The translations under genes and the position numbers were made by a program. Positions 1 through 12,525 of a stretch of DNA of 64,000 bases are shown here, piece after piece; the first letter of the stretch is position 1; the number at the start of each line of letters is the position of its first letter. Source of the stretch: Ophelia neglecta (lineage: Eukaryota); assembly GCA_965285935.1 (NCBI GenBank), contig OZ260662.1, positions 29,140,001-29,204,000 of the forward strand. Reading direction: 5' to 3'. Below the pieces are notes generated by a model, which saw only the letters and a list, made by a program, of their open reading frames with translations, searched no databases and was not told where the DNA came from.

Positions 1-379
1 TCTGGGGAGAATAGTGTCACTTGATGTAATACTCGTTTTGTATGCAAATTGCATTGAGTAACACCGGGGCAGATGATACTGGGGTGGGAAATTAAAGCCT
101 ATTAGGCACTGACAATGTCTGCCATCTCAAACCCCCACAACAATAAGGTGGGTGAATCTACTTGGCTGGATGTTGGTCTAACATGTCTAATGGAGTGATC
201 ACTGTTATCCAAGGTTATCCATGCCGTGCCTTCACATCTGCCTAGGAGCTGTAAGGTTGATTTAGGCAGTTATTGTGTGTATAGAATTCAGCTCTTCAGG
301 TAAACTATACAGGTCTAAGCCATGGGTCTGGGGTGACCCGGGCAGACTCGAACTCGCCGGCTGACCCCTGTGACACACA

Positions 380-1090
380 GAAATGGATACATCAGACAGA
401 TGTGACCCAATGATTTCACACCTTACCAAACACACTGGAAAAAGTACAAAGAGTGCCAAAAAGTCAATTATCAAACGGCTGGCATTGTTTAGAGACAAAC
501 GTTTCCCATAATTGGACATGCAGAAATGTGTTTGTGTGGTAATGTGATGTGCTGGGTTAGTGTCAAGGTGCAAAAGGTCAAGTTTGTTCTCATCTGACAT
601 ATTAAGTTAAATGGTCATGGTCAACTCTGACAGTGAAAAAGTGACTTTATCACCAGCCAATGTAAATACTAACACCCTTGGTATAAATTTTCTTGTGACT
701 ATTTTCACAAGAGAGTTCTATCTGCTGGTGGCTGCTATCTTGGCTCTGGTTCTCACTGTTAACCCCCCCCCCCCCTCAGTACCCCCTCCCCCTAGTGCCC
801 CAAAGCACCCACCGAGGCTGGCTTCCAGTTTGACATGATGGAGGCACAAGCTTCCACCAGGGTTAACAGCCCTCCACCTCCAACCTAAACATGACCTCCA
901 TATGCCCAGCAATGAACACGCCTGCCTCTGATCATCTTTGTTTTTGAGCTGTCTCTGCTCGACAGCCTCCCACCGAAACAAACTGATGAGATATATGTCT
1001 GTATCATTGGCTAGGCTATCACACATGTCAAGTTTCAGCTTCTTGATCTGACCGTGGCTCCACTTGGTAGCACTCAGGAAACAAACCAAT
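380..1090 (-). mobile_element. Possible decayed hAT (TTF zinc finger, ZMYM1/PRKRIR-like) transposase 5' fragment
   Basis: Frameshifted pieces SDENKLDLL..LPHKHI..GKRLSLN..(C)VLF/SSV.GK/GVKSLG..PF resemble the TTF-finger region. The similarity is weak. Confidence 0.3.
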
Positions 1091-2634
1091 AAGCGTAAAT
1101 CACACTAGTTACTACATGACGGCTTCCTTGCCGTATGTTTAGACTTATTTACCACAATATTTAACCAGCTCTTTGCTGACTTCCTGAAAAAGTCATTGAA
1201 TTGAAATACATGAAAATGCTATGCAAATTAATGTTTATTGTGCTTTGTGCATCCTAGGCGGTAAAAATACTACTTGTATTGTACATTTTTTATGTTCTTA
1301 GTGCCACTGATACTCATTCCCCAGAAGTCCACTTGTGTTTGCTGTCCGGAAGTCTTGGTTGTGGGTAGTTTGTACCTTTATGCAGCACACTATTGATTGG
1401 TCATTGCTGCAGTCCTTTCTTGAGGCGGCTTTGGCTAAAAGCCTTGCCCTTGAGGGTGTGTAGGGTTTTGATTAGTTTGTGATATATTGGTAGGCAAGCT
1501 ACTACTTAATTTAAGCTAAACAGGTCCTCTGAGATAGATTAATTATTCCTCTGCGTTGAATGGCGGAGCTGGCATTTGGACAGCACCAGTTAGACTCTCA
1601 ATTTGGAGTCCGGGGCTGGACTAAGTTATTTGGCAAGCTGAGTATGTCACTGGGAAGCAGTTGGCTTAGAGCGGGTAAGGAAGTATTTAATTTGGGCCAA
1701 TTGCTTTAGTGATATTGAGGCAATCAGGTTGCTTATCTCTCTGTCAATCTACTGTATGGCCAATAGCGCTGCCTGCTTACATGTATGTTATTTGTTAGAT
1801 GCTGTATGCAGTCCAGCTCTCAAAGGCAGCAAGATCAGGGATTTGATTAACAAGGGGGACAATAAGACCTCTCCATGTGGAATTCTCAAGGAAATTGCCT
1901 GCAGATCTTAATGGTCTATATGATAATGAATCTGCCAAGAAGCTTCAAGCAAATGGCTATCATAGCACCCCCCTTTTTGGGGCAGGCAATAACAAAACTG
2001 GCTCAACTTATATATAGGGTAACAATATTCTAAGCTGATTGCTTCCAAAGCTGATTTAACCATGCCCCAAGACAATTGTATAAATCACTATAAGATGGAA
2101 ACTGGATGAAGATGATTAGATCTGGGTCCAAAACCCCAGGAAATATTTAGCTAGACTATTAATAAGGCATATTCTGGGACATCTTAGAGTGCTGAGATAA
2201 TGTAATGGCTTGCAATACCATCTATATTGTGTTCCTGAAGATTGCTTGGCAAAATTTATAGCCATGTGCTGGAACCCTGAGGATGTAAAGGAAATATATG
2301 AGACACTCATATTATTCTTTAAAGAGCTCCCAGGATGGAATAAAAAAAAGAAGTGGAATGCAGTATTTGCATTATTGTTTCGTACATTAATTGAAATCTT
2401 CTGATGGCGAGACAAGTACAGGTGGGCAGAAGTTATTTTCATGCCCTCTTGTCCGGTTGCCAGATTTCCAGTTTTCCCATGCATGCCTACTCCCACAAAG
2501 GTTCCATCATTGCTCACTTTTTACCTCTTATCTGCCCAGCTTCACATCCTGAATGGGATGTCACCATCAATTAAATGAGTACTGTGTTTGTTGAGGAGAT
2601 TGATTGTGTCTGTGCAGTGTGGCTCTCCATATTC

Positions 2635-2725
2635 GAGTAGGCCTGATGTCCCCTGTGAGTAGGCCTGATGTCCCCTGTGAGTAGGCCGGATGTCCCCTGT
2701 GAGTAGGCCTGATGTCCCCTGTGAG
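2635..2725. repeat. 22-bp minisatellite, 4 copies (GAGTAGGCCTGATGTCCCCTGT)
   Basis: Copies start at 2635, 2657, 2679 and 2701, with one substitution in copy 3. Confidence 0.97.
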
Positions 2726-3199
2726 AAGCTTTATGTCTCCTATGACTGCCTGCTACTGGGTCATCTGCTCTCCCACTCTCTCATTGTTAAACCTCAGCAA
2801 AAACCTATGTTACCATTTGAACTGCCCATGGACGAAGAGGACCTCCACCTTGTGCCCTGCCTCTGATATCATTTGTCCTGACCTTTATCATATATCTTTA
2901 CCCTACGCCTGAAGTCACGCAAATTACACTTTGAATAAGGAACCATGTAAGTGAGACCTGTGTGGGACTTTTATTAAGATAGCTATGGTTGACATTTGAT
3001 CCTTGGACTTGCAGGAAAGAAGCAGCCCAAGAGTGAAAGATGCTTGTAGCCTGGCAGACACTTCCTTGAATCCTTACTTTAACCACTAAAGGCCAAATTG
3101 AAGTGAACACTGTGCCATGGCTACCACATTAGTCAACAAGTTGCTTTTAAGCAACCTTAGCCCTAACTTCCCTTGAGCTTCATGACTCACAATCTGATC

Positions 3200-3930
3200 A
3201 ATTAGGATTGAATTTCATTGCAAATTTGTCAGCTTTGGTCTTGTTGGTATGAGTGTTTATTGAAGGGGGCATGGCCTTGTATGATGCCATGCTGCTTATA
3301 TTGAGATATAGCCCCGGAGCTATTGTTACCTTGATGGCTTGTGGCAGGACCAATGGCAGCAGATTGGAACATTCCATGACAACATCACATCACCTCCATG
3401 GCAGACGCAATTCTGCCTGCCGCCCAAATCCATCATCATTGCCTTTCAAAGGAATCGGGTGAATTCGCCAGATATTTCATACCTCTCTGCAAATGGAAGC
3501 TTGTTTCTAACTATATACACAAATCCCCGGAGAGTGAATTCTGTTTGAGCATAGAAGGAGATCATTCATTGAAGTTTCTGTTTCTGCCTCATCAGTTAGC
3601 ATGTTATAGTCCCTCAATAAAGTCCCACGCTGATCAAACCCTGAAGACACCAAGACCAAATTTTATCATCCAGAAAAGAACATTTTATGATGATTTATCA
3701 TCAGATTAATTCTACAGTGTTTTTGCACAGATGGTCTTGTATGCTCCTTTATTACATTGAGTTTGGTGTTTTTGCTCAACTTGTCAGAGTTACGCCACCA
3801 TTAACAATTACAATTTACAGACACTTGAATTCTGTTGATCAACTTTGTCATTTCTCCCGCTGGCGAGTTGTCTTTGTAATTAAAGCACTTCTTAGCGACG
3901 GGTTTTCAAGTTATCAGCGAGCGCCATAAT
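3200..3930 (-). mobile_element. Possible BEL/Pao LTR-retrotransposon gag remnant
   Basis: A CpG-retaining patch. Minus-strand MALADNLKTRR..EMTKLINRI and later GD..W/HGMFQS..SYKAM are reminiscent of DUF1759 gag. Many stops are present. Confidence 0.25.
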
Positions 3931-4139
3931 TTCAAACGAGTCAAGTTTCCTGACAATTTGGTCCAATTGAGTTTTCTTATTTGCTAAAGCACAAAAGTTA
4001 GACATAATCTGATTTTTGTAATTTGAGGCTAGGGACAATACAGGATCAGCCAACAGAAAACATTAATAAGTCAAGATGAAATATGCCGAGACAAGGAAAA
4101 TTTGGAATTGAGAGCCACGTTAGGGCGTGTTTTTAAGTT

Positions 4140-4500
4140 GACAGGCCATAATGGGGTCATTATTGAGGGGCCATTGAGCTGAGTATGAGTCAGTCCAGTA
4201 CCTATCAGATATGGTTTGGTTGCTTCGGATCATTTAATCAAGCATTCAGCTGGTTATAATTGGATCTCATCATCAGGATATTGTCCTATATGGACAGCAA
4301 TATTGAAATCATTCACATCAGGCTCTCCAGTTTTCCTCCCAAAGCAGCCATTACACAATGGGCAGTCCGGAAAATGACCATTGTATTTCCAGATAGGAGG
4401 TCACTGGAGAAACATTTCAAGTCTGCACACCTCTCCTGACACTCAATGGGCACACTCGACTAGTTGATTCTATCTATATATGTGCTTTTTCTGTAGAAGA
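4140..4500 (-). mobile_element. Possible LINE endonuclease remnant
   Basis: RRGV..., NDFNI, QL..NDP and VLD-like fragments occur in order but are very degraded. Confidence 0.25.
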
Positions 4501-5869
4501 CTCAAAAGCTTGAGTATCAAAAGGGCCAAAATCAATGTAAGCAGGAAGGCTTAGAAGCTGTTTCTTTGCAAATGGCTCTGTCTGTTTCTGCTGATTGTTT
4601 GCAGTGTGAGGTGGTATTCACAGGGGTGTGGAGGGAGGTAAATGTTAAGAGTCTGTTTGTTTTCCTATGTGTTGTGTGCTATGATTAGCAGAGACTGACA
4701 GTGACATTCAGATGTCCACTGGGACTACTGATTACTGCTTTCTGGACTCGGCCACAGATGGTCAGCTGAAAACAGGGCAGTGCTGCAGGCCACTAACAGG
4801 GAAAGAGGTGTGGCCCTCAGCCCACACTCGGCTACATCTCATGGGCTTCAGCTCCTGGCTAGGCAGTCCAGCCAAATCTGTGATTTAAATAGATGAAACA
4901 AATTGTCAGTACTCCCAGGTGAAAAGATCAAATCCAAGCTTCCATGTTATTTTTCTTATTTTTATAAACCTGATAATTGCTGGCTGATAGTGTCAGCTTT
5001 AATTATATCAATGGAGCTGGTGTTTAGGGGCATGCCATATGGAGGGGGTGGTTAAAACATGTCTGCAACCCACTACATTGCTACAGGGCATGTCTGCAGG
5101 CAGGCAAAGGCAAAACATCAGACATGCCACTCTTTCCCTAAGGATGTGCTCTTTCTGATAGAGAATCAATGCTCATTTCTTCCTTGGAGCTTTGATGGAA
5201 TTTTTCCATGTTTTTACCCCCTGCCATCTGCTCTCTACGTGCGTGTGTGTAAATAAGATATAGGAGGAATGGGCACAGTTTTTCCTGAATTTCAAACAAC
5301 AATTCCTGTCAGGCTGGCTCCAATATCTCAATGCAATGTTGTGGTAGAGTTTCTCCTTGATTAGGCAGCCCTAGCAGGGAGCTCACAGTTGACTGCAGCC
5401 ACAGATTTCTGCCTGACTACACTAGGACTCCGGCTGCCCATTCACCACCCATTCATGGCTGATTGGTCCTGGACTGGCAGATTTTGGACTGCTATGTTCA
5501 AGGCAATTGCTAACTTCTCTGAGTTGAGCTGACACCCTGGGTCTGTGTTCTTGCCTCAGTAGGTTTCTTTGTCAGACTGGACAGCCCATATACCCTTAGT
5601 ACACTCCTCATGGCTCCAACACAACAATCCTTTAACCACTCAGGTCTGGATTGAAAACCAAGTTTGACCTCTGTCCAAAATCTCTCTGCATAGAATACTA
5701 AATGTGTAGCTGTGTCTTGGCCTGAATGTCAGGGGGACACGAGATGGCCCTGCCACCTCAATTTGAGCAGCAGTTCTCAGCCAGAACACCAGAGTCGTGA
5801 ATCGTGGGTTGAGAATGATGGCTCCCCTAATGCCACTTCACTGCCTAGCTTCAGGAATCATGGAGGGAA

Positions 5870-7100
5870 TAATGTAGCAGGATTTGAGGTCATTTTCCTT
5901 AGTTTATGGCCCTACTGCACAAAGCTTCCAATAATCATTATTGTGGTTTATTGTTATTGCTGTTAATATGATTACATGTGACTGAGCAGACTGTTGTCAT
6001 GAATCCTGTGTATTGGTACTACCTAGTGACCCTTGACCCTACCACCTACAGGTCTTGACCCCTGACCCCTGGTGGGTAGTAAGTGGCCCCTCATCTTCTT
6101 ATTATTAATACATTAGATTAAATTAACACCAAGTTAGAAACCCTGCCACCAGGTGACATAATGATCATTTTACTGCAGTGTGCCAAGGGAAGGTTCATGA
6201 CCTAGTCAGCTATGGGCTGGCATCCTACCATCCTCTCTGGTGTGATTGTTTAATCTGCCACCAGGGGTCAGTGGTTAGAGACCAGAAGATCCTGCTCAGC
6301 TCCACCATCTTGTGAAGACTGGTGAACTATGACATAATCACCACTGTGCTCAACCACCTATCAATAATTGGGTTTTTATTAACTTCAGTTTGTAAAGCCA
6401 TAGAAACTACTAGGCAATTGGACATATTTATGGAGATTTAGAAAGGCAATACAGTATTGCAGACAAGTGGTAGTTATTAATGATAAGATCATCATTTTAA
6501 TTGTCCTAGGCGGAGGTGGTGGCCATTGATGTGTATTATATTGAGGGTAGCCTAGGGGCATGCCAGTGTATGTCAGACATGGTAGTATGATTTAACCTGG
6601 TCAGAGTGGTGATATACCAGAGTTCACTTCTCACATTTCTGTTTGTCTAACAAGTAATCATGGTGGGTTTGGTTGTGTCATATGCCACATGAATTATAAT
6701 GGTGGTAATTATAAGGGGCAAAGTGGCCATCCCCAGTGGCTCAAGGAGCAATCTGTGGTAAAACTTACACTTGTCACTCATCACATGGCAGACATGTGCA
6801 TTCTGCTGTTTTCTTTGGTGGTTCTCCTGCTGAGGGATCAGCTAAACTCTACAAAACAATAACAGTTCATACTGATGGGGACTGATAAAGATAGCTGACG
6901 CCCCTCCAAACACTGCTGACTGCCCCCTATACCTTCTCACTGTCATATTGTGGACATTCTTATAATTAGGATTGTTAAGTCCAGTAGCAAGCTCTGTTTG
7001 CAATTATTGCCAACATTATTTATAGGTGGCCTTCAGAGTGTGACACTCCATCTTCTGTGTGGGATGACATATTGGCTGGAAAATGTATCAACAACCATTA
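5870..7100 (+). mobile_element. Heavily decayed Ty3/Gypsy pol fragment (RT connection, RNase H, integrase start)
   Basis: Frameshifted motifs appear in pol order: NV..DLRSF/FLSL..Y..K (~5875-5930), LVSYGLASYH..QWL..DPAQL..RLVNYDI (~6200-6340), Y*WGLIK..C (~6870-6925) and LQLLP (~7000). Confidence 0.5.
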
Positions 7101-10014
7101 AATGAATATATTTTTGCCGACAAGGTTTACATTGGAGCTCTTAATATATTGCCTTTGTCTGCAGACTGGTTCTTGTTTTGTAAAGACAGCAGATTGAAAG
7201 TATTTCATTAAGAAGGTAAACTCTCTAGTGGTCTGGTGGCTGAAATGGACAAATGTTATCTAAAATACCATCTGACAGTATTATTAACCAGCCTCAGGAT
7301 CACCCCTCACCAGGGACTAGGTCTCCCTCCTCCCCCTCCCCTGGGACCAGGCTCCCTCCCCCATGGACCAGCCTCCTCCAGCTGATTGACTACCTGTGAG
7401 GGTACATTGTGTCTGTAAACTCGCCCATTGTCAAGCGTAATTGCCTCAGTCTGCCATTGATTTGCCTGATAATGGTCGTCTTGCTCATGGATTGACTTTT
7501 AAGGTGGCAATACTTGTGTTTTCTCAGGCTCCATGCACTTTAAGTGAGCAATCACGGCCATTTATTGTGGTAATTCAAAGGTGTTTTTCAGTTTGAGGAA
7601 ATCTGTGGGAGGATTCTGTTAATACTGTGCTGTTTAAAGGGTCTGATTTCTATTGATTCAGCTTTCAACCACAGATTAAGCATGTATATGATGGAGTAGA
7701 AAACCTTTATGTCATTTCACTCAACTAGTTTGTGCCAAGTCTATTGGCAATATCTCAGTCATATCCTTATCCTGCCATATTGATAAAGAACTTGGTGACT
7801 ATAGTTAGAACAGAGTGCATGATGTAGGTGTACAATGGTCCACTGAAATAGGTGGGCTGCCTTAATTGAAATTTCACTGGCCTCACCAGATTGGGCCATT
7901 AAGAGCTAACATGTATTAGTAAGCATTTTAAAAACAAACCCCTGATTTCAGCACTGTGACCTCAGACTGTAAGTCTTGTACACACAGAGATCATCTTGTA
8001 ATCTGGTAAAGGAATAGACTGTATTGGTCTGTGTTACTCTGGTGGTGACCCAAAGCCTCCCATGATGTAACAATGGAAATAATTACCCTGCTAGTATGAC
8101 TTTCATAATTGGTAAAATGAATAGGCTGTGAACTTAATGAATATCCAATCCCCATGGCAGTCACCATGCATATTTATTTCCCCAGCTGTGGCTCACAAAG
8201 AAACCTATATCTCCATCAGGGAATCTCTGACAATGACATAATGAAATTGTCATCTTCGGTCATCCCTGGGAGAACTATTATATAAGACATATTTCTGCTC
8301 TGTCTCTGAATGGCCTGTTATTATTACATTTACTGTCTAATGATCAAGTGCTCAGGGACGAGGAGCCTTATTCTGGAGGCAAATGACTGCTTATTCCTGG
8401 GGCCGTCTAAATTACAATTTCCCATTTAGGACCAGAAATCAAACAATGAATATTTATTATGACAACTGACAAATCTGAGCTTCAGATGTCTCTTTGTGCA
8501 GCAGCCTGCAGATAACACTATCACAATGAGAGTGTTACTTTTGACACCTGGCCACACTTCTTCACCACCCTTGGATTTTCTTTCCAAAGAAAGTTTCTAT
8601 GGGTGTTTTCTGTTTGATGATCCTTTCTTAATCGTTTGTGGGTCTAGCTGTGTCTAGGCGACCTTCCTTCACAGATTAATGTGGTTGTGTCAAACCTAAC
8701 AGTTTCACTGTCAATGAACTAGATTTGGTTTAAGTCTCTCTATTGACAGAGTACAGTACATGTTTAGTGAGTATTGTTGCCAAACAGGACTATAATTACC
8801 ACACAATCTTTCCCCTTCACCTGTTATTTTTAACTAGCTTGTAATGGCTGCCTTTGATGTGAAATCACAGCTGGCTCTACCTGGTCTGGACCAGCTTTGA
8901 TACCCTCACTCTTATGCCTCCCAGCTTTATCAGGGAAAAGATCCAGCCACTAAATCATAGTTAATAACTTGACCACTGGTCACAGACAGACTCTAATTGC
9001 CCCTAACCATTACCTGCTAAGCTTGCTCTCCTAATTTATTTCAATTAAACCATCACTTCTGTAAAATGATTGACTGTGCAACGAAGACATCTAAAACTTT
9101 CAAATTTAGTACAAAGAGAGCAGCCATCTGGAAACTTGGCTTCAAATATATTCCAAAATAAACACCAATAATATATCATTAAGCTTTATATAGCTTAAAC
9201 AATTTTAAACCAATAAACTCCATCGAGGTAACACATTGGCCACTTATATATAGATTGTTGCATTGTGTATGTTATTTAGTAATAAGCAGACCATCTGTAG
9301 CTATGCCCCATTCACCTAGGACTTGGTAAGCACCCTTCAGCCACCTCTACCCTGCAGGGAGCACAAGCCGTAGACACTACCATTGTCAAGTCCTAGGCTG
9401 CTGTACAAAATGAAATAATTCATTTAACACCTCAATAACATTTACATTGGGGGTCCTCAGTGAATGCCTACAAGTATCCCTATTGCTTCACTCATTAGAT
9501 TTCAATAATGATAGTGATTATTGAAGTGAGAGATATAGTTTCTTCTCTTTGGTCCCCCATACCCAGATGTGACTGTGGTAACCTTATCAAGACCACAGTT
9601 GCAAAGGCTTTTGTCTCTGAAAATTGTCTCTTGAATACCAGCCTGATGTAACTGGGTGTTATTTTACATTTTACCTCTTGGCATTGTGAATCAGTACTAA
9701 ATTTAGAAAATTAGAGTCTGATTGAAAAAGGAAATAGTCTAAATAGTTTAGATTAAAACCAGTATAATATATCAAAAGGCAACCCAGTCAGTCAAATCCT
9801 TGATAAAATGGATGAAAAATTAAAATGGAGGATATTCTTTTGGAAAAATGTTCTTTTATGCAGCACTAGCTGGCTGCTTGAAACTTTAAGATTATGAATT
9901 GCTTTGAATGGATGTGCATGACTTATTTGTAGTAAATTTGTTTTGTTTCCTAAACCTATTTCAGTGATAAATGTGAGGCACTTTTTTGACTGACGATTAT
10001 TTGTATTTTTTTAG

Positions 10015-10280
10015 GAGGCCTTGCCAATGGTGTACGCCAGTTGCCTGAAGGATCGCTGACAAGTTTCCCGAGTTACCCGTCTCCGCCGGCCAAACGAACC
10101 AAGAGGGACTTCACCATGTACCGGACGCCCAGCGGGAAGTACTACTGCTCCTCTTGTAACGTGACTGTTGGTTCTGACATGCAGTTTGCCCAGCATGTTG
10201 ACAGTCGGAAACACAAAATGAACAATGCCGTCAAACGAAACGCAGAGACAAATAACAACAATGCCGAGTCAAGCTCATGA
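10015..10280 (+). CDS. ZMAT3: Terminal coding exon of zinc finger matrin-type protein 3 (Wig-1)-like RNA-binding protein
   Basis: Branch-like CTGAC (~9990), a T-tract and AG at 10013-14 give a phase-1 exon reading (x)GLANGVRQLPEGSLTSFPSYPSPPAKRTKRDFTMYRTPSGKYYCSSCNVTVGSDMQFAQHVDSRKHKMN...ESSS*, with TGA at 10278-80. It has a matrin/U1-type finger (CxxC-x12-H-x5-H) that closely resembles the recalled last finger of vertebrate ZMAT3 (RDLAMCVTPSGQFYCSMCNV...EFRQHLESKQHK). CpGs are locally retained. No upstream exons were found in the window. Confidence 0.88.
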
Positions 10281-11590
10281 TCCTCGCTCTCCTTGTCAAA
10301 AGGCTTTTAATTTATCAGACTGTTGCTGCAATATATTGCCATAAATGTATTATTGCCAGTGTATGTGTATATAGACTGATATTTGTTGGAGATTCTCAGT
10401 GACACTCCTGGAGATTAGGGTCAAGCTTTGGAAGCCCAGACCTGTCAACATGAAAACTTGCTACAAGCCTCCAAATAACTCAAGAATTGCTGGATCAATC
10501 ATGAAAAATGGATGACAATCACATGACCATAATTTACCAATTGTAGAGCCTGCATATTAGCATGACAATATTTAATTGGCCATAGATTGTTTTGAAAATA
10601 CCATAGTTATATACTTAAAAATGAAAATTGTGGCTGAAAGTTTATTTATTATTAAAAAATTAATGTAGTTTCCTAGACTTCATTCTAACTGTATACATGT
10701 CTTGCTGCCTTGCTGATATAAGTTCCATGTTCAAGTACTGCCTACTGGTGTATGATTTAGCCAATCTCCTACCTCTTTCTGTATAAAGAATCAAACATTA
10801 TGATTTATGCCTTATGTAAAATAATCAAATTCTGTTAGAGATGACTTAGTTGAAATATCTGGAAAGTGAACCACTGGTTGGTCGTTACACATCGTGCCAG
10901 GATCGCCTTATGGTTGCCTTGTTAACAGTGTATAGCAGTATCCTACTTCATTTCTTCTTGGCCTTTCTTCCAAATATGAGCCATTTTGCCAATATTATAA
11001 GCATACATTAAAAGCTGTCATGAATGTTTTATGTGTACACACTTTTTTTGGATTTTTTTTTCAGATTATTTTTGTCTATATATCTTGTGTCTGAGAGAGG
11101 GTTTTATCATTTCTTGGTCCTACCTACGCTTGTAGAGTTATAACAATATACATGTTTATCATGAAGTTTACTAGTTATGCAATTTTATATAGTTAGCTTG
11201 GCCTCAGCCATTTTATCAAATTTATAGTCCAGTTAATATCATTTACTAGTATATATTTATTACTGGAATAGTTGGTTGTAAAATTCAGTATATTTGCGGG
11301 TGGAATATTTTTTAATGGTTCTGATATGTGTATTTGTTATATTGACACTTACTCGTGTGATTGAGAGTTGTAGGCTTAAAAGGGGTATATACACCGGATT
11401 AAACTGAACATTTAATTGTGTATACAATTTTAAGGTGGAAGCATGTTATCAAAAAATGTTGAAATAATAATTCATGACATATTAATATACAAAATATTGT
11501 GATATACATGCATGGGCTAGATGAAATATTTGGTGTGGGGAACATTTTGTATTGAAGACACAAATCACAAATTTCTGTTGCAATTCATTG

Positions 11591-11650
11591 CACAGTAAAA
11601 GAGGAAATAACACAGTAAAAGAGAAGATATCACAGTAAAAGAGATATCAC
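11591..11650. repeat. 20-bp tandem repeat, about 3 copies (CACAGTAAAAGAG...)
   Basis: CACAGTAAAAGAG occurs at 11591, 11611 and 11631. Confidence 0.9.
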
Positions 11651-11814
11651 ATAACTAGTGTTGTTGTGATCATATTACTAGTCTCCATCCAGAAGGGTTC
11701 TTCATACATAATTTGTCATTTGGTCGGTGCTTGTGTGTTGCTCTTTTCAGTGAATTGGTAAATCATCCTACTACACAACAACACACCACTTCAGTAGGGG
11801 CTACAGTCTGGCAA

Positions 11815-12517
11815 CAGACTACTCAGACTCATCTGATGGCTGCTCTGATGGCGACTCAGACTACTCTGATGGCTACTCAGATGGCTACTCAAATGGCCAC
11901 TCAGACTACTCTGATGGCTACTCTGATGGCTACTCTGATGGCTACTCAGATGGCTACTCAGATGGCTACTCAGACTACTCTGATGGCTACTCAGATGGCT
12001 ACTCAGACTACTCTGATGGCTACTCAGACTACTCTGATGGCTACTCAGATGGCTACTCAGATGGCTACTCAGATGGCTACTCAGGCTACTCAGATGGCTA
12101 CTCAGACTATTCTGATGGATACTCAGACTACTCTGATGGATACTCAGACTACTCTGATGGCTACTCTGATGGCTGCTCTGGTGGCTACTCAGATGGATAC
12201 TCAGACTACTCTGATGGATACTCAGACTACTCTGATGGATACTCAGACTCCTCTGATGGATACTCAGACTACTCTGATGGATACTCAGACTACTCTGATG
12301 GATACTCAGACTACTCTGATGGCTACTCAGACTACTCTGATGGCTACTCAGACTACTCTGATGGATACTCAGACTACTCTGATGGATACTCAGACTACTC
12401 TGATACTCTGATGGCTACTCAGACTAATCTGATGGCTACTCAGACTACTCTGATGGATACTCAGACTACTCTGATGGCTGCTCAGACTACTCTGATGGAT
12501 ACTCAGACTACTCAGAC
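11815..12517. repeat. Composite minisatellite of 12-nt (TACTCWGATGGM) and 9-nt (TACTCAGAC) modules, dominant 21-nt period
   Basis: Read directly from the sequence. Modules are multiples of 3 except for one 8-nt module near 12403. Confidence 0.97.
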
Positions 12518-12525
12518 CAATCTTT

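Noticed and set aside
611-838. Pro-rich ORF, and Gly-rich antisense ORF 718-1089, as host genes
   Set aside because: The Pro/Gly runs come from a poly-C tract, and there is no splice or homology support for a host gene.
11713-12411. 232-aa ORF (QTTLMAT repeats), the longest in the track
   Set aside because: It has a TTG start and stays open only because the minisatellite modules are multiples of 3. The array variants are non-synonymous in this frame.
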